NCBI GenBank assembly: GCA_965261595.1
Contig: CBDHDG010000006.1
Coordinates: 1,184,001-1,248,000, forward strand
Direction of reading: 5' to 3'
Source: a bacterium
GTDB lineage: Bacteria > UBA8248 > JACPRG01 > G963555815
Length of the DNA stretch: 64,000 nucleotides
Shown: positions 1 through 8,783 of the stretch, in pieces
Position numbering within the stretch: position 1 is the first letter of the stretch
Layout: every line of letters begins with the position of its first letter
Position numbers and translations under genes: made by a program
Notes under the pieces: model-generated
Database searches by the model: none
The model's input: the letters and a program-made list of their open reading frames with translations, nothing else
Told to the model about the DNA's origin: nothing

Positions 1-115
1 ATTCCTCCGTCCTCGCCGTCGGGTCGGGCGTCCGGGTCTATCCGAAGCGGATTTTGGGGGCGGAAACGGAGGCCGGGTGAAGGGCGATTGTTAAGCCCTT
101 GGGAGAAGACGTCGC

Positions 116-529
116 ATGGCGCATGACGAGAAATCGGGCGCGCTCGTGCTCTTCGATGGGGTGTGCAACCTCTGCAACGCGTCCGTCACGTTCATCATCG
201 ACCGCGACCCGGCCGAACGCTTCCGTTTCGCGTCGTTGCAATCGGAATTCGGAGAGGAACAGATCCGCCGACACCGGCTCTCGGGTCCCGTCCTGCGCAG
301 TCTGGTCCTGATCGAGGGGGGCCGATGCTTCACCCGATCGACGGCGGCGCTTCGGATCGCCCGCCGCCTCACGCTGCCGTGGAACCTGCTCTACGGCCTC
401 ATCCTCGTCCCCGCGCCGGTCAGGAACACCGTCTACGATTGGATTGCCCGCAACCGGTATCGGTGGTTCGGAAAATCCGACGCCTGCCGTCTGCCGACCC
501 CCGACCTCGCCCGCCGGTTTCTTGATTGA
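116..529 (+). CDS. DCC1-like thiol-disulfide oxidoreductase (DUF393/YuxK family)
   Basis: N-terminal FDGVCNLC (DxxCxxC) and C-terminal YDWIARNRYRWFG motifs. Confidence 0.9.
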   Translation: MAHDEKSGALVLFDGVCNLCNASVTFIIDRDPAERFRFASLQSEFGEEQIRRHRLSGPVLRSLVLIEGGRCFTRSTAALRIARRLTLPWNLLYGLILVPAPVRNTVYDWIARNRYRWFGKSDACRLPTPDLARRFLD

Positions 530-535
530 GGGTTT

Positions 536-754
536 TTGGCTATCGCTATCGGAGCCGGAGATCCGGCACCCATCTCAATGCAGAGTGTTAGTTGGTCCCT
601 AGGAATAGATGCCCCTCCGATTTATACATTCGATTTCTGGTGGGATTACACAGATTTTTGCCGAAGAATTACGGCCGAAAACGGGGTGTCCCTGAGGACG
701 CTGGACCCTGCGCTACGGCAATACTCGAAGGAGCATCAGCCAAAGACCGGCTGA
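536..754 (+). pseudogene. Probable C-terminal remnant of a hypothetical protein
   Basis: Protein-like C-terminal segment (WSLGIDAPPIYTFDFWWDYTDFCRR...RTLD..L.QYSKEHQ), lower GC, no good start or RBS. Confidence 0.35.
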
Positions 755-882
755 AACGTATTTCCTCTATCCTGTACGCATCGGATGCCTGAAACCCGCG
801 AAAACCCGGAACTTAATCGCGAGTGAGCGGTCAAATCCTGTAAGCTGGAATGGCGTTCCCTTCTACGAAAGGGCCATGAGAG

Positions 883-1707
883 ATGAAATCGCGCAATGGG
901 AGAAGCCGCTCAAGGGTGATTGGGCGAACCGCCGCGTTGATGGTCGCCACGATTTGGCTGAGTCCCGTCGGCGCGCCCGACGCCGCCGCTCAATCCTGCC
1001 GCTCGCTTTTACAGCTTGAGAGAAGACACCCGAAATTTTCCGTCAAGCGAATGCTGAGACGGGGCCGGTACGTCATCGCCATTCGCCACGGGGATAAGGG
1101 CGCGCGGGATGACGGCGTTCCCGAGATTCCCGGGTGCCCCCAGCCCGGTCAATCCTTGACGAATCGTGGAAAAGAGCAGGCCGGGCAGATCGGCGCCGGC
1201 CTCCGGGGCTTGGTTTACAAGGTCAACGCCAGCCCCTATTGCCGGACAATGCAGACGGCGATCGTCGCCTTCGACCGTAAGAAGGTCAAATCGGACGCGA
1301 GGCTGGCGGGCGGGTCCGACAAGAACCTGAAAGACCTGATCCTGGAGCAGCTCAGAAAGAAAGAGTGGTCACAACCCCTCGCGCGCAGGCGGCGGCCGGT
1401 CCCTAAGCGGATCGTCAAAAGAAAACCGGATAGGCGGCCGCCCGTTCGCAGGCGGAAAGTGAGCCCGAACCTGTTGAAAAAACAGGCGCTTGCGAGAGCC
1501 GCCGCCCGAAGACAGAACGTCGTCCTCGTCACGCACAGCAACCTGCTGGCCGAGATCGAGATTGGGGGGGGATTTCCGCTTCACGACGCCCCTGAACCGG
1601 AGAACCTCGGCCGGGCGGCGATTTTCACCCTGTCGAAGCGGAAAAAGCGAAACCGGAGGTTCCTGGTCGGATGCGTCCTGCCCCAGGATTGGAGCCGCCT
1701 GAGGTAA
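883..1707 (+). CDS. Secreted histidine phosphatase (phosphoglycerate mutase-like) family protein
   Basis: IRHG, SPYCRTMQTA and VLVTHS motifs; N-terminal signal-peptide-like segment. Confidence 0.8.
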   Translation: MKSRNGRSRSRVIGRTAALMVATIWLSPVGAPDAAAQSCRSLLQLERRHPKFSVKRMLRRGRYVIAIRHGDKGARDDGVPEIPGCPQPGQSLTNRGKEQAGQIGAGLRGLVYKVNASPYCRTMQTAIVAFDRKKVKSDARLAGGSDKNLKDLILEQLRKKEWSQPLARRRRPVPKRIVKRKPDRRPPVRRRKVSPNLLKKQALARAAARRQNVVLVTHSNLLAEIEIGGGFPLHDAPEPENLGRAAIFTLSKRKKRNRRFLVGCVLPQDWSRLR

Positions 1708-1733
1708 CGCCCCGTCGTCCAGCCCCCCGGCTC

Positions 1734-2150
1734 TCACTTCCCCAGCGACCAGACGCCGGTGGTTCCGGGCTCGTTCCCGGTGCTGAGGAGCAGCCTTTCC
1801 TCCGGCCCTTCGTGCAGCGAGGCGAATCCGCTCGCCCTCGGACCGTCGAAGAACAACAGGCTTCCGTCATCCAGCCTCATGGTTCCCCGGGCCGTCCATC
1901 GGGACGTGCGCATCTCATACGTTCCGTCCTTCTTGATGATCCAGGTGGCCCCCACGACGGACGTCCCAAAAAGCGACTTTTGGACCGTCAGGTTCCCCTC
2001 CCACCTTCCAGCGATGGCGCTGAAGTCCCGGATGGGCTTGGCGGCGGGGATGGCGGAGCATCCGGTCAGCGCAAACGCCCCGATGACGCAGACGGCGCCC
2101 GCCAACGTCCGGACCGACCCCTTTCTCATTCTTTCCCGCCATCGGATCAT
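1734..2150 (-). CDS. Hypothetical lipoprotein (beta-rich)
   Basis: Basic N-terminus, hydrophobic stretch, lipobox LTGC; paralogous to the interrupted neighbouring gene. Confidence 0.7.
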   Translation of the reverse strand: MIRWRERMRKGSVRTLAGAVCVIGAFALTGCSAIPAAKPIRDFSAIAGRWEGNLTVQKSLFGTSVVGATWIIKKDGTYEMRTSRWTARGTMRLDDGSLLFFDGPRASGFASLHEGPEERLLLSTGNEPGTTGVWSLGK

Positions 2151-2578
2151 GATGTCGCTCCTCCCACCTCAAACCCATTCCTAAAGAGGACGCGGCGGGC
2201 TGGCCGGTCCATGCGCCATCAATCCGAACGGCCGGGGCGCCGGGACCTTGAAAACCTACTTCGCGCGCCACCAGGTCCCGGACATGTCCGGGTCGCCCAT
2301 GCTGAGGAGGTATTTCCCCTGGGCGTCTTCCTGCATATAGGCGACGCCCGACGCCCTTCTGCCGTCGGCGTAGAAGCCGCTCGTCCGATTGCTGTCGAAG
2401 AAGATCCGGCCTTCCCGGATGCTTAACGTCCCCGCGGCCCTCCACCGGGGCGTGATGATCTCGTACGTTCCGTCCTCCCGGATGATCCACTCGGCCCCGA
2501 CGTTCGTTGTGCTCCCCCGCTCTAGGGTTTTGTTGGACACTCGATTGATCCATGATTCATGGAGAAAGGGGTGTCGCG

Positions 2579-2965
2579 ATGAACGAACAAAAGCAAGAGG
2601 GGGCTTTGGCGGAGGGCGCCCGCAGGGCGAACGGAGCCAAGGCCCCAGGGCATCGCAGTGAGCGGGGTCGGTTCTCCTGCCAGCGCAAGCGGGAGGCGGT
2701 CCTGCGTCTTTTGCGGGGCGAGAGCCTGGAGACGCTCTGCCGCGAGTTGGGCACGACAGCGGCTCGGCTTTCCGCCTGGCGCGAGGCGTTCCTTCGCGGG
2801 GGCGAGGCGGCGCTCAAAGCCCGCCCGGCGGATGAGCGGGACGAGGAGAACGCCCGGCTCAAGGCCAAGGTGGGCGAACTCACGATGGAGGGCGAGGTCC
2901 TGCGGGAGAAGATCGACCGCCTGGAGGCCGGCCGCCCTTTAGCCGGCAGGAGGTGGAGGCGATGA
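2579..2965 (+). CDS. IS3-family transposase OrfA (HTH plus leucine zipper)
   Basis: RFS..RKREAVLRLLRGESLE..REL HTH, RLKAKVGELTME coil; ATGA overlap with OrfB. Confidence 0.85.
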   Translation: MNEQKQEGALAEGARRANGAKAPGHRSERGRFSCQRKREAVLRLLRGESLETLCRELGTTAARLSAWREAFLRGGEAALKARPADERDEENARLKAKVGELTMEGEVLREKIDRLEAGRPLAGRRWRR

Positions 2966-3870
2966 GTCAGGCCCGCTTCACCTCCACGGGCAGAGCCTAC
3001 GGCCTGAAGCGGGTGTGCGCCCTTTGGGGCTTGGCGCGCTCCACGGTCTACGCGCAACGGCGGCGAGAGGCGGTCCCCGTTCATGAACGCCCCACGCCCA
3101 ATAAGCGCGGCCCTGTGGGCCCGTGCACCGATGCGGAACTCCTCGGCCACATCCGGCAGGTCCTGGAGGACTCTCCCTTCCATGGCGAGGGCTACCGCAA
3201 GGTGTGGGCGAGGCTGCGCTTCGCGGGCATCCGCACCAGCAAGGAGCGGGTGCGTCGCCTGATGCGGGAGGCGGGGCTTCAGGCCCCTCACCGGGTGGGC
3301 AAACCCCGAGGTCCCAAGGCCCACAACGGGACCATCCGCACCGAGCGGCCCGACCGAATGTGGGGTACGCACATGACGACGACGGTGACCACCGAGGAGG
3401 GGATGGCCTCGGTGTTCGTGGCGGTGGATCACTGCTCGGTGGACTGCGTGGGGATCCATGCGGCCAAGAGCGGCAACCGCTTCGAGGCCCTGGAGCCGAT
3501 CCGGCAGGGGGTCGCCGAGCGCTTCGCCGGCTTGGAGGCGGACGTCGCCGAGGGGCTTAAAGTTCGTCACGACCACGGCCCCGCCTATCTGTCCGATGAC
3601 TTTCAGCGGGAGATCGCCTACCTGGGCATGACCAGTTCGCCCAGCTTCGTGCGGGCGCCCGAGGGAAATGGCTACTGTGAGTGGTTTATCCGCATCTTGA
3701 AGGAGAATCTCCTGTGGGTGCGCTCTTTCGCCACCGTAGAGGAACTGCGGTGGGCGCTGCTTGAGTTCAAAAACCTGTACAACCATCATTGGATTCTCGA
3801 GGGCTACGGCTACCGAACGCCGGCCCAGGCAAGGCAGGAAAAACTCGCTCAAGTTGCGGAGGCCGCATGA
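2962..3870 (+). CDS. IS3-family transposase OrfB (rve integrase core); first catalytic Asp replaced by His
   Basis: GYRKVWARL, WGTHMT (WGTDMT in copy 2), RHDHG, GNGYCE..IRILKE, YN..W. Confidence 0.85.
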   Translation: MSQARFTSTGRAYGLKRVCALWGLARSTVYAQRRREAVPVHERPTPNKRGPVGPCTDAELLGHIRQVLEDSPFHGEGYRKVWARLRFAGIRTSKERVRRLMREAGLQAPHRVGKPRGPKAHNGTIRTERPDRMWGTHMTTTVTTEEGMASVFVAVDHCSVDCVGIHAAKSGNRFEALEPIRQGVAERFAGLEADVAEGLKVRHDHGPAYLSDDFQREIAYLGMTSSPSFVRAPEGNGYCEWFIRILKENLLWVRSFATVEELRWALLEFKNLYNHHWILEGYGYRTPAQARQEKLAQVAEAA

Positions 3871-4419
3871 GGTCGAATACCCTCACCCGAGTGTCCAATA
3901 ACCCAGGGGCGGTCCAGTGCCGTACTGCGCCCGCTGATAAGAAAGACTCCCGTCCCACCGCCCGGCGATGGAGCGGATGTCCTGAATGGGCATGGCGGAC
4001 ATCGTCGCGCCGCAACCCGCCGCGCCAAGTCCGGCCGCAATCAATACCGAGATCGCCATCCAGGTTCGGGCGATATCGCGCATCCTTCGAGTCATGGGAG
4101 GCCCCCCCTCTCAAACCGGTTTTGAACTCAGGCGGCCATCGTACAGCCGTTTCGCCCGTGTATCCATCCAAACAAGACGCGAGGCCGGATATTCCGCCCC
4201 TCCCCCCCCTCCAGGTCTCCATCGGAGGAAGCACGGACCCCGCGGCGCTCCGGAGCATCCACGGCCGGACGCGCCGGGATTCGGAGAATTTCAGCCCGCG
4301 TCACCTTCGCCATCCGGTTTCTGTATAATCCAGGAGTTTTGTTTTCCTGAACACACCGAAAAGACAAGCGCCCAATCGCGCGAAGGAATGCGCGCTCAAA
4401 TCGCGGGAGGACATCAGGC

Positions 4420-6012
4420 ATGGAGAAAGTAGACGGAATCGTCATCGGCGCGGGCCACAACGGCCTTATCACCGCCGCGTATCTGGCCAGGGCCGGCCTG
4501 CGGATGCTGGTCATCGAGCGCAACCCCGAGATCGGCGGCGGCACCACCACCGATGAGGTCACCCTGCCGGGTTTCCGGTCCAACCTGCACGCCAACTTCC
4601 ACTTCGGATGCGTGGACTCCCCCTGGTTCCGGGACCTCGAGCTCCAACGCTACGGCTTCTCCTACATCCTGCCCCAGGCCATGATCGCCATGACGTATCC
4701 GGACGAAACCTGCATGACACTCCATCAGGACCCGGAGAAGACCGCCGCGTCCATCGCGCGGATCTCCAAGGCCGACGCCGAAAGCTTCCGGGATCTGCAC
4801 GAGATGTTTTCGGTCAAGATGCGGCCCTTCATCCTGTCCGCCGCCTTCTCTTCTCAACACGACTTGGAAGAGGCCCTGAACCGCATGGAGGGGCCGCACG
4901 CCGACGCGCTCCTGTCCTTCAACAAGCTCTCCGTCAACGGGGCCATCGAAAAGGCCTTCGAGCACGACAAGGTCCGGAACTGGCTCAGGCTCATCATCCA
5001 CGCGCGGACGGTGGACTTCGACACCGCCGGGTCCGGCGGATTCCTGCCCGCCATCTTCTCCGGCCTGCACCGGACCGGGCTCGCCATGGGCGGATCGCTT
5101 CAGCTCCCCCGCGCCCTGGTCCGCATCATCGAAGAGGGGGGCGGCGCCGTTGTAACGAACGCCTCCGTGAGGGAGATCGTTCTGAAATCAGGCGAGGCCC
5201 GGGAAGTGGTCCTGGAGGACGGAACGCGGTATGAGGCCGGTCGATGCGTCATCAGCGCCATTGACGCACCCCAGACGATCCGGCTGGTCGGGGAGGAGGC
5301 CTTCGAGGACAACGTGGTCCAAAAGCTCCGGAATTGGAAGTGGGGGGACCATACCCTCCTGACGATCCACCTGGCCCTGAACGAGCCTCCCCGGTACGCC
5401 TCGGCCGATTTCGACCCGGACATCAACCGCACGTTCAACGTCTTCATGGGCCCGGAAACCTCCGAAGACTTCCATGAAAACTCGGCGGAGCTCGACCGGA
5501 ATGAGATGCCGACGCGGCCCATGGGCAACGGCGCGTGCAACTCCCTCATCGACCCAAGCTATGCCCCCGAAGGGAAACACGTCGCCTTCTGGTGGCCCTT
5601 CGCCCGGTTCGATTTGAATGGAGACGCCGCCAATTGGGACAACGTCCGGGAGGAAGCCACGCAGCACCTCATCAAATCCTGGCAGGGCTACGCGCCCAAC
5701 GTGAACGAAGACAAGATCCTCGCCAGCTACCTTTTCACGCCCCTCGACATCTCGCGCCGAAACATCAACATGGGGCGCGGGGCCGTGCAATCGGGCGCGT
5801 ACGACCTGGACCAGTCCGGAGTCCATCGGCCCCACGTCTCGATGTCGAACTCGCGGACGCCGATTCCGGGACTCTATCTCTGCGGCTCGACCACGGGCGC
5901 GGGCGGCGGCATGAGCGGCGCGCCGGGCTACAACGCGGCCAACGTCATCGCCGAAGACCTCAACGTCAAGCCGTGGTGGGAGCGGATCACCCCGCCCAAG
6001 CAGCCCCTGTGA
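4420..6012 (+). CDS. Phytoene desaturase-like FAD-dependent oxidoreductase (COG1233 type)
   Basis: VIGAGHNGL Rossmann motif, ER..IGG, RTPIPGLYLCGS..GGG.SGAPGYNAA. Confidence 0.88.
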   Translation: MEKVDGIVIGAGHNGLITAAYLARAGLRMLVIERNPEIGGGTTTDEVTLPGFRSNLHANFHFGCVDSPWFRDLELQRYGFSYILPQAMIAMTYPDETCMTLHQDPEKTAASIARISKADAESFRDLHEMFSVKMRPFILSAAFSSQHDLEEALNRMEGPHADALLSFNKLSVNGAIEKAFEHDKVRNWLRLIIHARTVDFDTAGSGGFLPAIFSGLHRTGLAMGGSLQLPRALVRIIEEGGGAVVTNASVREIVLKSGEAREVVLEDGTRYEAGRCVISAIDAPQTIRLVGEEAFEDNVVQKLRNWKWGDHTLLTIHLALNEPPRYASADFDPDINRTFNVFMGPETSEDFHENSAELDRNEMPTRPMGNGACNSLIDPSYAPEGKHVAFWWPFARFDLNGDAANWDNVREEATQHLIKSWQGYAPNVNEDKILASYLFTPLDISRRNINMGRGAVQSGAYDLDQSGVHRPHVSMSNSRTPIPGLYLCGSTTGAGGGMSGAPGYNAANVIAEDLNVKPWWERITPPKQPL

Positions 6013-6067
6013 CCCGAGGCCCTCTCGGGCGCAAAGAATTTGTTTCCACCGATCAGGGAAGGACGCC

Positions 6068-6481
6068 ATGAAAACCACCGTCATTCAGTCGGACGCCCCG
6101 CGTCCCCTGGCCAACTATTCCGAGTGCGTCGTCGCCGGCCCGCTTGTCTTCGCCGCCGGCCAGATCGCCAGCGACTACAAGACCGGCATCCCGCCCTCAG
6201 CGCGAACCGATTCCGCCTTCCCCTATTACGGGTCAAACATCAAGCGCCAAACGGACTACATCCTCGGCAACCTGTCGAAAACCTTCGAGGCCGCCGGGTC
6301 CTCTCTGGACCACGTCGTCAAGGCCCAGGTCTTCATAGCCGACCTGAACGAGTTCTTCGCCTTCGACGAGGTCTGGAAAACCTACTTCAAGACGCCGCCC
6401 CCGCGCACGACCATCGGGACGACCGGCCTGCTGGCGCCGGGATGCAAGGTGGAGATCGACCTCATCGGCGTGGCCGGCTGA
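6068..6481 (+). CDS. RidA/YjgF family imine deaminase
   Basis: YS..V..G.LVF.AGQI, PPPRTT (catalytic Arg retained), VEIDLI. Confidence 0.9.
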   Translation: MKTTVIQSDAPRPLANYSECVVAGPLVFAAGQIASDYKTGIPPSARTDSAFPYYGSNIKRQTDYILGNLSKTFEAAGSSLDHVVKAQVFIADLNEFFAFDEVWKTYFKTPPPRTTIGTTGLLAPGCKVEIDLIGVAG

Positions 6482-6569
6482 GCGGAGACGCCGGCGCGAA
6501 CGCGGGTAAGTCGAGGGGGTCCCAACCTCAATTTGAAAAGCGACGTTTGTTCCAGAAAAGGAGACATAT

Positions 6570-6959
6570 ATGTCCAGGACCGTTGTCACGCCGGACGGAA
6601 TCGGAGATCCCGTCACGCCCTATTCCCACGGAATCCTGACCGATTCCAAAGAAATCCTCTTCCTCGCGGGACAGGTCCCGATCGACAAGGACGGCAACAT
6701 CGTCGGAAGCGGAGACATCGAGGCCCAGACCCGGTGCGTTTACGACAACCTGGAAGCCGTCCTCGCAAAAGCGGGGATGGGCTGGTCCAACGTCGTCAAG
6801 TTCAACATCTATATGAAGAGGAAGGAAGACCGGGACCGGTTCACGGCGCTGCGCGAGAATGACCTGTTCGGGAAATTCTACCCCGGCGGTGACTATCCCC
6901 CGAGCACGCTGGTCTTCGTGGATCTCTACAAGGAAGAATTTCCGGAGTTATATACTTGA
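6570..6959 (+). CDS. RidA/YjgF family protein, probably 3'-truncated
   Basis: PYSHG, LFLAGQVP, YPPSTLV; ends EEFPELYT without the usual IEIEA strand. Confidence 0.75.
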   Translation: MSRTVVTPDGIGDPVTPYSHGILTDSKEILFLAGQVPIDKDGNIVGSGDIEAQTRCVYDNLEAVLAKAGMGWSNVVKFNIYMKRKEDRDRFTALRENDLFGKFYPGGDYPPSTLVFVDLYKEEFPELYT

Positions 6960-7019
6960 CACAGACGACCACAACATGTAGATCGCGTCCGCGTCTCGGT
7001 TGACCACAAGATGTAGGGG
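6956..7019 (+). promoter_or_regulatory. TTGACA followed by tandem NrdR-box-like sites
   Basis: GACCACAACATGTAG (6967) and GACCACAAGATGTAG (7002); cores fit CwAnATrTwG. Confidence 0.4.
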
Positions 7020-7036
7020 GGAGGTTTTTCGAGGGA

Positions 7037-7357
7037 TCATCGGGGCTGACCCCGGCGCCGTGGCCTTTTTTGTGGCAAGTGTTTTTTTATGGGCTTGGCT
7101 TTTAGATTCAGGGATGGGATTTCTTTATTCTCACATTTTGGGTCAATCTCCAAATGATTGACCATCTGCTTGATCTTACCCCTCTTGATATCGGATTGTG
7201 ATTTTGAGCCGTGCTCCCCTTTTGGCAATGAGGGGAAGGATTTCTCCCCAAATTTTACGCAGTAATAGTGGTCAGTCGTTTCAATCTCGTGTCCTTGGGC
7301 ACACTTCTTGAGCATGTCAAAGACATTTTTGAGCTTAACTTGGCCAAAAGAGCCCAA
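7037..7357 (-). CDS. Low-GC hypothetical protein, possibly HicA-like
   Basis: TTG start at 7357; LPKGEHG....DIKRGKIKQMVNHLEI resembles the HicA C-terminal pattern. Confidence 0.45.
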   Translation of the reverse strand: MGSFGQVKLKNVFDMLKKCAQGHEIETTDHYYCVKFGEKSFPSLPKGEHGSKSQSDIKRGKIKQMVNHLEIDPKCENKEIPSLNLKAKPIKKHLPQKRPRRRGQPR

Positions 7358-7445
7358 ACGCCCTAAGCCGCCAAGAGGTTCCCCCGCTCTAGGGTTTTGT
7401 TGGACACTCGATTGATCCATGATTCATGGAGAAAGGGGTGTCGCG

Positions 7446-7832
7446 ATGAACGAACAAAAGCAAGAGGGGGCTTTGGCGGAGGGCGCCCGCAGGGCGAACG
7501 GAGCCAAGGCCCCAGGGCATCGCAGTGAGCGGGGTCGGTTCTCCTGCCAGCGCAAGCGGGAGGCGGTCCTGCGTCTTTTGCGGGGCGAGAGCCTGGAGAC
7601 GCTCTGCCGCGAGTTGGGCACGACAGCGGCTCGGCTTTCCGCCTGGCGCGAGGCGTTCCTTCGCGCGGGCGAGGCGGCGCTCAAAGCCCGCCCGGCGGAT
7701 GAGCGGGACGAGGAGAACGCCCGGCTCAAGGCCAAGGTGGGCGAACTCACGATGGAGGGCGAGGTCCTGCGGGAGAAGATCGACCGCCTGGAGGCCGGCC
7801 GCCCTTTAGCCGGCAGGAGGTGGAGGCGATGA
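7446..7832 (+). CDS. IS3-family transposase OrfA
   Basis: Near-identical to copy 1 OrfA. Confidence 0.85.
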   Translation: MNEQKQEGALAEGARRANGAKAPGHRSERGRFSCQRKREAVLRLLRGESLETLCRELGTTAARLSAWREAFLRAGEAALKARPADERDEENARLKAKVGELTMEGEVLREKIDRLEAGRPLAGRRWRR

Positions 7833-8737
7833 GTCAGGCCCGCTTCACCTCCACGGGCAGAGCCTACGGCCTGAAGCGGGTGTGCGCCCTTTGGGGCTTG
7901 GCGCGCTCCACGGTCTACGCGCAACGGCGGCGAGAGGCGGTCCCCGTTCATGAACGCCCCACGCCCAATAAGCACGGCCCTGTGGGCCCGTGCACCGATG
8001 CGGAACTCCTCGGCCACATCCGGCAGGTCCTGGAGGACTCTCCCTTCCATGGCGAGGGCTACCGCAAGGTGTGGGCGAGGCTGCGCTTCGCGGGCATCCG
8101 CACCAGCAAGGAGCGGGTGCGTCGCCTGATGCGGGAGGCGGGGCTTCAGGCCCCCCACCGGGTGGGCAAACCCCGAGGTCCCAAGGCCCACAACGGGACC
8201 ATCCGCACCGAGCGGCCCGACCGAATGTGGGGCACGGACATGACGACGACGGTGACCACCGAGGAGGGGGTGGCCTCGGTGTTCGTGGCGGTGGATCACT
8301 GCTCGGTGGACTGCGTGGGGATCCATGCGGCCAAGAGCGGCAACCGCTTCGAGGCCCTGGAGCCGATCCGGCAGGGGGTCGCCGAGCGCTTCGCCGGCTT
8401 GGAGGCGGACGTCGCCGAGGGGCTTAAAGTTCGTCACGACCACGGCCCCGCCTATCTGTCCGATGACTTTCAGCGGGAGATCACCTACCTGGGCATGACC
8501 AGTTCGCCCAGCTTCGTGCGGGCGCCCGAGGGAAATGGCTACTGTGAGTGGTTTATCCGCATCTTGAAGGAGAATCTCCTGTGGGTGCGCTCTTTCGCCA
8601 CCGTAGAGGAACTGCGGTGGGCGCTGCTTGAGTTCAAGAACCTGTACAACCATCATTGGATTCTCGAGGGCTACGGCTACCGAACGCCGGCCCAGGCAAG
8701 GCAGGAAAAACTCGCTCAAGTTGCGGAGGCCGCATGA
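7829..8737 (+). CDS. IS3-family transposase OrfB, DDE intact
   Basis: WGTDMT, RHDHG, GNGYCE motifs. Confidence 0.87.
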   Translation: MSQARFTSTGRAYGLKRVCALWGLARSTVYAQRRREAVPVHERPTPNKHGPVGPCTDAELLGHIRQVLEDSPFHGEGYRKVWARLRFAGIRTSKERVRRLMREAGLQAPHRVGKPRGPKAHNGTIRTERPDRMWGTDMTTTVTTEEGVASVFVAVDHCSVDCVGIHAAKSGNRFEALEPIRQGVAERFAGLEADVAEGLKVRHDHGPAYLSDDFQREITYLGMTSSPSFVRAPEGNGYCEWFIRILKENLLWVRSFATVEELRWALLEFKNLYNHHWILEGYGYRTPAQARQEKLAQVAEAA

Positions 8738-8783
8738 GGTCGAATACCCTCACCCGAGTGTCCAATAACCCAGGGGCGGTCCA

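Larger units (their letters stand above)
2513..3916 (+). mobile_element. IS3-family insertion sequence, copy 1 (1404 bp) with 4-bp target duplication GTGC
   Basis: Imperfect terminal IRs sharing CCGC..GGGTT..TTGGACACTCG; GTGC at 2509-2512 and 3917-3920; near-identical to 7380-8783. Confidence 0.92.
2256..4095 (-). pseudogene. Paralogous lipoprotein gene interrupted by an IS3-family element
   Basis: N-half 4095-3917 (lipobox AAGC, ...SYQRAQYGT) rejoins in frame to the C-half (TNVGAEWIIREDGTYE...) once the IS and one GTGC copy are removed. Confidence 0.85.
7380..8783 (+). mobile_element. IS3-family insertion sequence, copy 2 (1404 bp), no matching target duplication
   Basis: Same ends as copy 1; flanks AGGT and GGGC differ. 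Confidence 0.92.

Noticed and set aside
2513..8783. Composite transposon formed by the two direct IS3 copies
   Set aside because: The GTGC duplication flanks copy 1 alone and the outer flanks (GTGC, GGGC) differ, so these are independent events.
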